DNA of 64,000 nt from Octopus sinensis (lineage: Eukaryota). A program made the translations under genes and the position numbers. Below the pieces are notes generated by a model. That model made no database searches. It saw only the letters and a program-made list of their open reading frames with translations, and had not been told where the DNA came from. Of this stretch, positions 52,801 to 64,000 are shown piece after piece. Location: NCBI RefSeq assembly GCF_006345805.1, contig NC_042999.1, positions 36,270,001-36,334,000 on the forward strand, given 5' to 3'. How positions within the stretch are numbered: the first letter of the stretch is position 1; each line of letters begins with the position of its first letter.

Positions 52801-53348
52801 CTCAAGAGAGAGAAAAGAAGAGAATCGCTAGCACACCACACAGAATGCTTATTGGCATTTTGTCCATCTTTACTTTCTGAGTTCAAATTCCGCCTAGGTC
52901 AACTTAACCTTTCATCTTTTCAGGGTTGATAAATTAAGTACCAGTGAAATGCTGGCATCGATGTAATTGGCTAGTCCCCTCCCACAAAATTTCAGGCCTT
53001 CAGCCTTAAATCGAAAGGTTTAGTGGAGCAACAGGCTACATACCAACTTGTCCGGAGGATCATGATATCTGGGACTATAAAAATCTGCAAGGCCTTAAGA
53101 TTTAAAGGATGATGAACAGATCAAGATGTTTTCCTTCACAATCTTGAGTATTTAGGATTACATAATCTAAATTGTCCTTCTGTACTTTTTAGGACATTAG
53201 GTATAAGACAGGTTGGTAAATCAAAGTTTTCTGGCTTCCCATTAGTTATTTTCTCTTCTTAAGTACCATTCTAGTTTGATGAGGAAAATATTGTGAAGTA
53301 ATGTTTATTGCCATTTAAACGTAGCTATTCCATAGGAACTGACGTTAC

Positions 53349-53540
53349 TTATTTCTTTATTGCCCACAAAGGGCTAAACACAGAGGGGACAAACAAGAAC
53401 AGACAAAGGAATTAAGTCGATTACATCGACCCCAGTGCGTAACTGGTACTTTATTTATTGACCCCAAAAGGATGAAAGGCAAAGTCGACCTCGGTGGAAT
53501 TTGAACTCAGAACGTAACGTTTCTGCCAGCTCGCTGCCTT
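53349..53540 (-). mobile_element. MESC/Meta-type SINE with TSD
   Basis: Reverse complement of the 6263-type SINE; TAGGAACTGACGTT duplicated on both flanks. Confidence 0.85.
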
Positions 53541-55636
53541 AGGAACTGACGTTGCTGCTATTTCTAACCCCTAAGAATTTGCAAAGTTTAGTGTTTGTAA
53601 AAGTGGTATTGTTGCTTTGCTCTTGTTCTGCCCTTATGTAGATTAAAGGCATTCTTGCTATGACCATACTGTCTTTTAATGGAAAAAAAAAATCTATGAT
53701 TATACCCTTCCTGTATTAAGACAGTGGATTGTGAGTTGAGGGAAATTTGGGTGCTATTTCTAATTTGTCAAGTGAACATGTAGAGATTTTTCCTTGCCTT
53801 GTTTGTGAAAATGGTGAATGTGCAAGTGAAAGGATTAAAAGACATACAGGTATATTAGGCACACCCTAATTTCAGCAGTGAATATTCAGGATTAAAAGTT
53901 TTTAATGCATTATCCCCTTAGTGTTTAAACCGGCCATATCCGGCCCAAATATTCTACATGTTTTATATTCAAACTAGCCAGATCTAGCCTCTCACACCTA
54001 ACCTACATTGACATTCTAAAAATAAACTATCAAGTCATTGAAACCTCAGAGCTATAATATAATAAATGATTAATTCAAAACAATTTGAGTGAAAAAGTAT
54101 TACATTTAACAGAGTAATCTGAACACTAAAGGGTTAAACCAACCATATCCAGCCAAAATGTTCTATTTGTTTTATGTTCAAACTGACCAAATACAAGATT
54201 CTTACACCTACCCTACAATATCATACTATAAAAGTAAACAAACCTATAATTGAAATCTCAAAGCTACAAGATAATGCATGATTAATTCAAAGCTATGTGA
54301 ATAAATAAGCATTACATTTGACAGAATAATTTGAATTTTAAAGGGTTAAAGCCTATGCGAGGCTTCAGTTTCACATGTAAGACCAGGAGGTTGGGATTGA
54401 GACACTTTTGTGAGGGGAAAAAGTGTGCCTTATATACCGTCAAATATGGTAATAAGCTGTTATATCATCCGTGACAATATTTGATATGTGTGCAACAATA
54501 TATCATAGTACCAAATATAATCGTATAACAATAAGCAATGAGAGTTGGTTAGCTTATAACCATTTGTACAATAACGCTCCAATGCAGAATCAATACCGAG
54601 ACTAAAGCTCTCACAGTTTGACCTCAGCTGTCTGCTGGCTCATCTATTTATAAGACTCATCCAGTCACATGTGGGTGGGTGGGTGTCAGTTTACTCCAAA
54701 ATATAAGCAAATAAAGTTCAGATAAATAGTTTACTGAAGTCATTTCAATTGACTAAACTACTCTACTTCCCTTAGAAAAATACTACAATTTCAAGGTCAA
54801 ATAGTTTATTTTTCATTCTAAGAACCAGTAATACATTGAGGTGAAATTCAGTTAACTATTAACCCTTCCCCTGTTGAAAATGACTTTGTATTTTATCAAA
54901 ATAAATTGGTTTTTTTTAATTATTTATATTGTAGGGTGGGAGATGGTGAAGATGCATAACTTATCAGAGTATTGAGCTCACAATCATTGGATCATGGATT
55001 TGATTCTCAGAGCAGGCAGCACATTGGTCCTTAGACAAGGCACATCATTTCATGTTGTCCCAGTCCACTCAAGTGAAATGAACACTGGTAGTAGTCGGGG
55101 TTAACTCTGTAATGGACTGGCATCCTGTTCAGTAGTAATCTTGTGCTCTTGGGTGTCTAACAGCATTGGAAACCCAGGCAAGCTCCAGACTCATGAGCTA
55201 ATAGGCTTAAGATAAACATTTTCTTTGGGATGGTGGTTTTACAGAATTGCTAGAATTTCAGAAAAAATACCATGCAATATTTGTTCCTGTTCTTTATCTT
55301 CTGAATTCAAATCCCAGGGAAGTCAAATTTGGCTCTCGTTCTTTCAAGATTGATAAAGTACCAGTGAAGTATTCGGGTCAATTTAATAAGCTACTGCCAA
55401 AGTTTGTAGTCTTATGCCTATGTTAAAAATGGTTGTTAAAACAACTGTTATTTGCAACTTGGTTTTGATTCTTAATTAAAACCAAACTCTTTTGCCTGTG
55501 TGGTAAGAAGCTTGCTTCCCAACCACACGGTTCTGGGTTCAGTCCTATGTTGTGGCATCTTGTGGCTCCTACTATAGATATCTGGGCCAACCAAAGCCTT
55601 GTGAGTTAATTTGTTTGACAGAAACTGAACAAAGCC

Positions 55637-55676
<40 letters not shown>

Positions 55677-55740
55677 ATATTTCGGAATGGTCATATTGCC
55701 AGTTTAGCCATAAAAAATCTTGCACAACAAATATTTAAGC

Positions 55741-55785
<45 letters not shown>

Positions 55786-55787
<2 letters not shown>

Positions 55788-56690
55788 TGTGCATACACAA
55801 TAGAGTGTAAGCGCCTTGAGAGAAAAGTTGGAACTAAGCAGCATCAGATGTGGTGTGCAAGAGAGACGACTGTGCTGGTATGGTCATGTGGTGTGAATGG
55901 ATGAGGACAGCTGTGTGAAAAAGTGTCACACCCTAGCATTTGAGGGAATCTGTGGAAGAGGTAGTCCCAGGAAGAGGTGGTGAAGCACAACCTTCGAACA
56001 TTGGGCCTCACCGAAACAATGATTAGTGACCGAAACATTTGGAAACATGCTGTGCTTGAGAAGATCCGGCAAGCCAAGTGAGACCATAACCTGTGACCTA
56101 TGCCAGGGGTGTAACCAGCCTACTTATGCGTACCTTTCTTTTGTTGGACACTAAACTTTGCTTGCGAAGACCTGTTGAGGCAAGTGAAATTAAAATCAAA
56201 TTCGCTGATGTGGCCAATGACAGCACCGCCTGACTGGTACCCATGCAGTGAAACGCTAAAGCACCATCTGAGTGTGATCGTTGCCACGGCCACTGACTAG
56301 CCCCCATGCCGGTGGCACATAAAAAGCACCATTCGAGCATGATTGTTACTAGCGTCGCCTTACTGGCACTTGTGTCGGTGGAATGTGAAAAACAACATTC
56401 AAGCAAGGTCATTGCCAGTGCCACTGGACTGGCTCCTGTGCAGGTGGCACATAAAAAACACCATTTGAACGTGGTCGTCGCCAGTACCGCCTGATTGGCC
56501 CTCGTACCGGTGGCACATAAAAGCACCCACTACACTCTCGGAGTGGTTGGCATTAGGAAGGGCATCCAGCTGTAGAAACTCTGCCAGATCAGATTGGAGA
56601 CTGGTGCAGCCTTCTGGCTCACCAGTCCTCAGTCAAACCGTCCAACCCATGCCAGCATGGAAAGCGGATGTTAAATGATGATGATGATGA
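55786..56690 (+). mobile_element. Older subfamily copy of the RTE 3' region
   Basis: Degraded ERRL.WYGHV..CVKKCH ORF end, diverged hairpin repeats and (GAT)n tail; 5' end abuts (TA)n. Confidence 0.85.
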
Positions 56691-56861
56691 CACATACACA
56701 CATGTACGTGTGTGTCTTTGTGTTTGTTTGACTTCACCGTGGTGCCCCTGTATGGTCACAATTCAGTGGATGAAACAAGTAAAAAGATAAAGATTATTAT
56801 TTTATGTTTATGAATTCGTTTTGCAAGATTCCTGATGTGAAATTGTGTGTTGAAGCAGATA

Positions 56862-57875
56862 TTATTATACTTCAGGATGGTCGTTTTCCTTTTTTATTGC
56901 CAAATAAACACTGTAAATTCGTTCTTCACTTGCTTATTGTTGTTCTTATTTTATCTTATGTCCATTATCTGGAAATCTTTCATCACATATCTTGACTTCT
57001 TCAGTGACTCTTCCATCCATGTGTTTCCTTTTGTTGTGTTTAGTCCATTCTGTCTCTCTCTATGATGTATATCCTTATCTGCACTTGTTTGCATCTTATC
57101 TGTGTGTGTGTGCGCATGTGTGTACACTAGTGTGTGTGTGTATACAGGTTTGCTTACTATATTATTTGTATCCATGCCTAAATAGGTTTTTTTTTTTCAT
57201 TTATTGACTTATTTCATCATAAGTATGCACATGTGTGACTTTTGTGTGTGTATACATAGGTTTATGTATTATACTGTTTGTATCTGTGTCCTTTTTTCCT
57301 TTCTGTCTTTAGTTATGTTGCATGATCTAGTGGTGGCAGATGTTATTGTTCCATTCGTCTTTTCTATTGAAGCTTGGTTTGTTTATTACTATGTGTGTGG
57401 TCACTATAATCTGTCTAAGTGTCATGTCTGTTCTATGTGTTGATATATCTTGTCTGACTACATTCCTATTCTGACAGTTAACCTGTGGATTCATCTTACA
57501 TACTATACAATTGTTCTCTGTACTTCATGCTTATGATGAAATACAAGAAATAGAGATAATGAGTAAATAAATGGAAAAAATATCTATATAAAGGATATGG
57601 ATATAAATAATATACTGAGCAAACCCACATACATACACACGAAACTCATAGACATGCACACACATGCACAGATAAGGATACACATGGATGGATGAAATAG
57701 AACAGGAGGAAATACATGGATGGCAGAGTCACTGAAGAGGTCACAGATGTGTGATGAAAGATTTCCAGACAATAGACATGAGATAAAATAAGAACAATAA
57801 TAAACAAGTGAAGGACGAATGTATAGTGTGTATCTTTATTTGGCAAGAACAAAAATGACCACCCAGGAATATAAC
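56862..57875. repeat. Diverged inverted duplication (about 56862-57230 and 57520-57875) with hammerhead-like core; Penelope-like end
   Basis: Arms encode parallel pseudo-ORFs in opposite orientation; CTGAAGA G GTCACA gatg TGTGAT GAAA at 57732-57759. Confidence 0.65.
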
Positions 57876-57889
57876 ATTATTATTGTTAT

Positions 57890-60437
57890 TGTCAGAGCTA
57901 AGGCATATTCACTAAGCATGAGGGAATGAAAGCATCATGATGGGCCTGCATGGCGGAGACAAAAAGTGTCAATAAACCCACCATTCGGTCTTTGGTGGAT
58001 CAGAGTGGATGTGAGTTGTTCAAACTAAAACGGATGTGTGCGACTTTTCAGCAGCACTTTGCTTGACTGTTCAGGATGAATGGTAGGACTGATAACAGGG
58101 CAGACTTTGGTGTGTACCTGGACAGCCTGCCACAACTTTCAGCGAGTGAGGCTGAGTGCTGAGAAAGGCCGATAATAGCCATGGAAATACAGGAAATGAT
58201 GAAGAGTTGCATGAGAGGTAGATTGCCAGGTAGGAATGGTCTGCCCTACGAGCTTTATACTTCAATGCCAGACTTGTTTGCAGACGTCTACTGCAACTGG
58301 CAGTAGAATGGGAGAATTCCCACTTTTGTCTGTTGAGGGGCTGTGACACTGTTGAGAAAGGACCCAAACAAGGGGGATGTTATAGAAAATATCAGGCCCA
58401 TCACTACTCAATGTAGAGCTGAAGATTTTGGCCAAGGTATTAGCGAAGAGGTTGGCACTTGTGGACAAGCTGGTTGGCGAGGCCCAAACGTGCCATCCCA
58501 ACCAGGACTATTCACAATAACCTCCATCATTAGAGAGGGTAGGGCTCTGATCAGTTTAGATCAATCTTAAGCCTTTGATAGGGTTGACCATCAATACTTG
58601 GCAGCTGTCCTCAAGGCAGCCGGTTTTGGTCCAGTTTTCTGTGGTTGGGTTGCTGCTTTGTACAGCGGCATCTGCTCAGTTGTTCGGGTGAATGGTCACT
58701 TGTTGGAGCCATTCAGCATCTTGCATTCAGTCTGTCAAGGGTGCCCTCTCTCCTCCCTTCTGTATGTACTGACTCTTGAGCCATTACTGTGGAAGTTGGA
58801 GGCTTTGAGGGGTGTCCTGCATAATCTAGGATGTAGGAGAAGTATGTCTGCTTACGCTGATGATGTCACCATCATAGTGTCAAGCTACAGGCATATAGAC
58901 CTGATTGGTGACACACTACAAGAATATGAAGCAGTGATAGGAGCAAAAATTCAATGCGGAAAAGTCAGTGGACTTACAACTCGGCATCTGGAGAGGCAAG
59001 TCCATGCTGTCCAGCAGCATCAAGGGGTGCTGGACAGTCTGGTTTAGTCCGAACCTCTAAATGCAGAAAAACTGGGACGAGGTGACAAACAGGGTAGTCA
59101 ATCTCACCCAGAAATGGGCTGAGAGGAAGCTGTCCCTGAAAGGTCGAGCAGAGGTGGTGAATGCGTATATCGCGTCCATCAGCTATTACCACTTGACTGT
59201 CGTCCTTTGCCCTGTTTGCTGGTTGACCAAGCTGGTGCACGTACTTTTCCACTTTTTGTGAAAGGGGTGCATTCCACTGGTCAGGTGCTCCATCTGCTGT
59301 CAACAGCTGCTGAATGGAAGGCTGGGTATGCCGTGTTTACTGATGTGCAGACATGCACTGAGGTTGAGCATCTATAGCATTTTCTTGACAGTGAGCAGGT
59401 GTAGTCACCATTTGTCAGGCACACTTTTTCATAGCTCGTCTCTTTGACTGAGCTGCAAACTTGGATTAGGCGTACCAAGGAGGGGTGCTTGGCACCTCGA
59501 GTGCCATCAATCACTTACAGCTCTCCGCCAGGCAGCTAATGCAGTCAGTGGTAGTTCCACTCTAATATTCTATAAAGAACTAGTGGAGGGAAAGTGCAAC
59601 AATGTTCTCGGGGAAACTCTGGGCATTGATGAAGACCAGCTAACTGGTCTGTTTCGGAGAACTTTCAGGCTTGGGCCTATGGATAACTCCAGTGATCCTT
59701 TGCCTGGCAGTGCTACCGAGGGGCACTGCCTATTCAAGATTAACTTTACAGGCATAGAAGTGCCATCAGCCGTTCCTGCCCTAGGTGTCCCCACAATGAT
59801 GAAACCGTTCTGCACTCCCTAGTCCAGTGCCTGAGTATTGCTGACCTGTGGTTTTATGTCAAACACTTGCTGTTGCATGTAGGACAGATCTGGCTATCCA
59901 TTGTGAAGATTGCCTCACTGGCCTCTTTTAGCTGGGAGGGGGCAGGCAATTTTTATTTCTCCAATGGATGTAGTGAAAGAGGTAGTATGGTGAACTCATT
60001 TGAAAGAGCTAAAGACAGACACTTTCCTCCTTGGCCAAGCCCTCATCAACTTTTTCAAGTTTCACTTGACATGGAAGTTGAGGCCAAAGGAAGTGTTGCC
60101 TCGTAGCAAGTTTGTTGGAAGAATGGCCAGTGTGAAAGGACCGATTCTGAGCATGCACCTGTAAAAAGGGAATTAAAGGAGAAGGGCTCTTGCCCTGTTG
60201 ATCAAGCACCCGTGGCTTTTCTGGGTTTTTCCACGAGGACCTTAAAGCATCTCCCCTTTGAAAATTTTAATTTATTCAATTTTCATTGTTATTCATATTG
60301 TTTACGCACAGAAAACCCATTGTATCGTCCCATTTTCGTCTTTTATGTTGTTGCATTTCCTTTAATGTGAGCCCTTGTGGCTAATAAAACAATGAATTAT
60401 TATTATTATCATCATCATCATTATTATTATTATTATT
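57890..60437 (+). mobile_element. Degraded L1/Tx1-clade LINE (ORF2 RT region to 3' end)
   Basis: ENIRPIT, LISLDQS.AFDRVDHQYL, QGCPLSSLLYVL, AYADDVTI, WAERKLSLKGRAEVVNAYIAS; many stops and frameshifts; AATAAA and (ATT)n tail. Confidence 0.88.
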
Positions 60438-60558
60438 TACCTTTTCCTACCCAACCACAGTAAATTCTGCTCTCCTAAAAAACATTTTACTTCCTAGTTA
60501 TTTTACTGCTTACATCTAATTTTTTTTTTTTCTTTTTTCAATTTCATTTATATCTTAG

Positions 60559-60679
60559 AGGTCAGCAACAAGAATCAACAGAACCATCAAAAAAGGCTTT
60601 GAAGAAGCAACAAAAAGAGGCTGAGAAGGCTGCAAAAAAAGCGGCTTATAAAGAGCAGAATAAGAAGGCAGATCAACAG
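60559..60679 (+). CDS. DARS1: Exon encoding the Lys-rich N-terminal extension of a class IIb aaRS, most likely cytoplasmic AspRS (GQQQESTEPSKKALKKQQKEAEKAAKKAAYKEQNKKADQQ)
   Basis: Pyrimidine tract plus ttag acceptor, CAG|GTTTGT donor; contains the xSKxxLKKxxK RNA-binding motif resembling yeast AspRS SKKALKKLQKEQEK; the catalytic domain is not in the window, so LysRS/AsnRS are not formally excluded. Confidence 0.75.
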
Positions 60680-60847
60680 GTTTGTAAATGTTCTTCCCAC
60701 CGACCTCTCTCTTAAATTAAGTATAATTCACTTCCCTTCATTTTTTAAATTTCTAAGTACACTGATTATTAGAGAATGAAGAAATAAACTGTACCTTATT
60801 GGAATTTGATCCCTGAGAAATAAAACTTTAGAATAAATCACTTGGAT

Positions 60848-61102
60848 CCGTGGGTCTCAACTGGAGTCCATATGGCCCTTAGGGGTCAGTATATGATTTT
60901 GTTATTAAAATTTATCTGCAATAAATCGGTTACAATTCTACAATACACAAAAAATTTCAGTAATTATTCTTATTCAGTTCCTAACAATGTTTAATTATCA
61001 AAATATAATAGGATTTTTTTAACATCAAATGGCTAGGAGGGTTCATCTGAGTAAAATAGGAATCAAATGGTTCCATAGATAAAGAATGGTTGAGAAACAC
61101 TG
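60848..61102. mobile_element. hAT MITE (diverged)
   Basis: Termini CCGTGGGTCTCAAC / GTTGAGAAACACTG; TSD ACTTGGAT / ATTTAGAT. Confidence 0.65.
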
Positions 61103-61718
61103 ATTTAGATGTAGTTCTCAGTTGTCTTCAACGAGTCCATTGCTCTAAAGAAGGTAATTATTATATTTTGTTTGTTCATTTTACATCTGTTTTTTCCATG
61201 CTAGCATGGATTAGATGAATATTGTACTGAGGCTTTTTTTTACAGCTAACCCTAACCTGCTTCTCAAGTAAGGAATCTCATTCTACATATCTTCTAAGGT
61301 GCAAAGATTTGTTCACAGGGGAAATGGATGTCACTGCTTGCAGGTCAATGACTTTCAGGAAAGTGCAAATGTGAGGAAGCACATATGCATGAGCACCTGC
61401 CCCCTCACCACCACCACCCCTATAAATACTCTTATGCATGTAAACATACACTCTCTGCTGCAGGTTTTGTAGTCTTATGAGCTGAATGGGGACCTCACTA
61501 GAGCTAGTGGCTTGAAAATACACCCTGTACATACTGTAAAGTGGTTCACATTAGGAAGGGCTTCCAGCTGTAGAAACCATATCAAAGCAGACACCGGAGC
61601 ATAATGCTGTCCTTGGACTCATCAGATCCTTGTCAAACCATCCAGCACATACTGACATTGAGTATGGCCATTAAGTGATGACGTTAATCATCATCATCAT
61701 ATATATATATATATATAT

Positions 61719-62562
61719 AAATCAAAACAAATCAAATCAAATCAAATCAAAACAAATCAAAATAGATGAACATTAATGGAATTGTATCCTTGTGGTACCA
61801 GTGCCGGTGGCACACAAGAAAACCATCCGAACGTGGCCGTAGCCAGTACCGCACCGACTGGCCTCCGTGCTGTGGGCACGTAACAAACACCATCCGATCG
61901 TGGCCGTTCGCCAGCCTCATCTGGCACCTGTGTCGGTGGAACATAAAAACACCATCCGAAGACCCGGCAAGACTAGTCAGGCCATAACCTGTGGCCCCTA
62001 CCTGGGACGTAGTCAGTCTACCTGTGCATACCTTCCTTCTTGTGACACTTGTGAAGGCCTGTTGAGGCAAGTGAAAATCAAAACAAATCAAAATAGATGA
62101 ACATCAATGGAATTTGTATCTTTGTGGTACCAGTGCCGGTGGCACGTGGCACACAAGAAAAACATTCGAACGTGGCCGTAGCCAGTACCGCATCGACTGG
62201 CCTCCGTGCTGTGGGCACGTAACAAACACCATCCGATCGTGGCCGTTTGCCAGCCTCATCTGGCACCTGTGTCGGTGGCACATAAAAACACCATCCGAGT
62301 GTGGCCGTCTGCCAGCCTCGTCTGGCACCTGTGTCGGTGGCACATAAAAAACACCATCCGAGCGTGGCCGTTTGCCAGCCTCGTCGGTGGCACATAAAAT
62401 CACCCACTACACTCTCGGAGTGGTTGGCGTTAGGAAGGGCATCCAGCTGTAGAAACACTGCCAGATCTGACTGGACTGGTGCAGCTTTCGGGCTCCCCAG
62501 ACCCCAGTTGAACCGTCCAACCCATGCTAGCATGGAAAGCGGACGTTAAATGAAGATGATGA

Positions 62563-62566
<4 letters not shown>
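61719..62566 (+). mobile_element. Composite RTE 3' UTR insertion with internal duplication, inside (TA)n
   Basis: 3' UTR segment 61750-61958 followed by a restart at the ORF end GAAGACCCGGCAAGACTAG, then a complete 3' UTR and (GAT)n. Confidence 0.85.
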
Positions 62567-62610
<44 letters not shown>

Positions 62611-62788
62611 TTTCTTCAAAATGGAGATAAGCACCAATGTCCCATGCAAGAGGCTTGAGAATTGTTAAGAGATACATCCCTCTCTTAACATGAAACTATT
62701 GGTAGCCTGGTTAACCCACAAATAAAGAACATTTATCCACTAATGCAGTGTTGAGCACTCATTCTTATTGTTTAACATTAATGTGTGT

Positions 62789-62846
<58 letters not shown>

Positions 62847-62970
62847 GGAGGTTTACGAAAATAAACAAAAGACGAATGCAGGTTTACAAAAATAAACAAA
62901 AGACGGAGGCAGGTGGAGAACAAACAAACAATTGTATTAGTATGGCGCTCAGGAATAGAAATAAAACAAG

Positions 62971-63008
62971 TCTTTTACGTTTCGAGCCTACGCTCTTCAA
63001 CAGAAAGA
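62971..63008 (-). ncRNA. Minimal hammerhead-like motif with CUGUUGA core in a Penelope-like end (about 62845-63065)
   Basis: Minus strand TCTTT CTGTTGA A GAGC gtag GCTC GAAA CG TA AAAGA. Confidence 0.55.
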
Positions 63009-64000
63009 TACACAGAAAAGAAACAAAGAGAGAAAAAAATGCGTGTAGGAGCTAACGATCCAACATATATGGATGGATGACTTCTCTCAGTTTCTGTCTA
63101 CCAAATTTGCTTGTAAGGCTTTGAAAAGCCCACGTTTATAGTAGAAGCACCCAAGGAGCTGCACATTGGACTGAACTCAAAACCATGAGGTTGTGAAGTG
63201 AATGTCATAATTATGCAACTATGCAGCAACTTGAGAAATATATAACCTCCAGTATGTAGTCTCACAATTTAACTTTCATTGAATATTTTCGTAATTTTTT
63301 TAATGGCATTTTTAAAGAATGAAGGGCCACATTCTTACCTTTTCAAACCCTCTGAAACTGAAGGAGGTGAGCGAGGAGAAACCACAGCTAATCAGGTATG
63401 ACCATATAATTGGTTTTGATAGTTTGTCTCCACCCCATTTCTCTCACAAAATTTGGATCAACTCAAGGTTATGGTTAAAAAACATTTACCCAAAGTGCCA
63501 TTCAGTGAGATCAAAGTCAGAATTGTATGATTTTAATACAAATTCCTTAATCATACATTGGTAGTAAATCCTAAGGAAAAGCACATCTGAAAATTTAATG
63601 CAATTATTTGACATGTAAAAAACACCATTTGAGCATGGCCGTTGCCAATACCACCTGACTAGCCCTCGTGCAGGTGGCACGTGAATGCACCCACTACACT
63701 GATGGAGTGGTTGGCATTAAGAAGGGCATCCAGCTGTAGAAACTCTGCCAGATCAGAGTGGGGCCTGGTGCAGCCATCTGGCTCGCCAGTCCTCAGTCAA
63801 ATCATGCAACCCATGCTAGCATGGAAAGCGGACGTTAAACAATGATGATGATGACTTAATACGCAGCTGTCCTCATCCATTGTGATGCATATGGACAAGG
63901 ACAGCTGTGCAAAGAAGTGTCAATCTCTAACTGTAGAGGGAACCTGTGGAAGAGGTAGACCCAGGAAGACATGGAACAAAGTGGTGAAGCATGATCTTCA

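Noticed and set aside
54934-54970. Alternative first aaRS exon (MVKMHNLSE, phase 2)
   Set aside because: Lies in the head of a decayed tRNA-SINE and has a weak GTATTG donor; 47968-48002 is the better candidate

Overview
AT-rich, repeat-dense animal genomic DNA. The SINE, RTE and MITE families and the very high microsatellite load resemble what I recall of octopod cephalopod (Octopus) genomes; that assignment is inference, not a database result. Nearly all ORFs in the supplied track are low-complexity artefacts. The one convincing host gene is the 5' end of a + strand class IIb aminoacyl-tRNA synthetase, most likely cytoplasmic AspRS/DARS1. It has exon 1 at 47968-48002 and exon 2 at 60559-60679, the splice phases are compatible, and it lies downstream of a CpG-retaining promoter-like zone. 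The rest is mobile DNA: a full-length dead mariner, a young 5'-truncated RTE LINE plus about 11 3'-end copies, old RTE-BovB, CR1 and L1/Tx1 fragments, hAT and piggyBac-type MITEs, and several tRNA-derived SINE families. The most notable observations are: (1) fold-back, Penelope-like insertions carrying hammerhead-ribozyme motifs, one fused to a tRNA-like Pol III head and one with a compensatory U3-A8 core variant; (2) an RTE with a C4HC3 PHD finger inserted inside its reverse transcriptase, a tandem array of covarying hairpins in its 3' UTR, and apparent (TA)n targeting; (3) a SINE and a Tx1/L1 LINE sharing a covarying 3' stem-loop; (4) an isolated 28S rRNA fragment among SINEs; and (5) a speculative minus-strand peptide-precursor exon pair.
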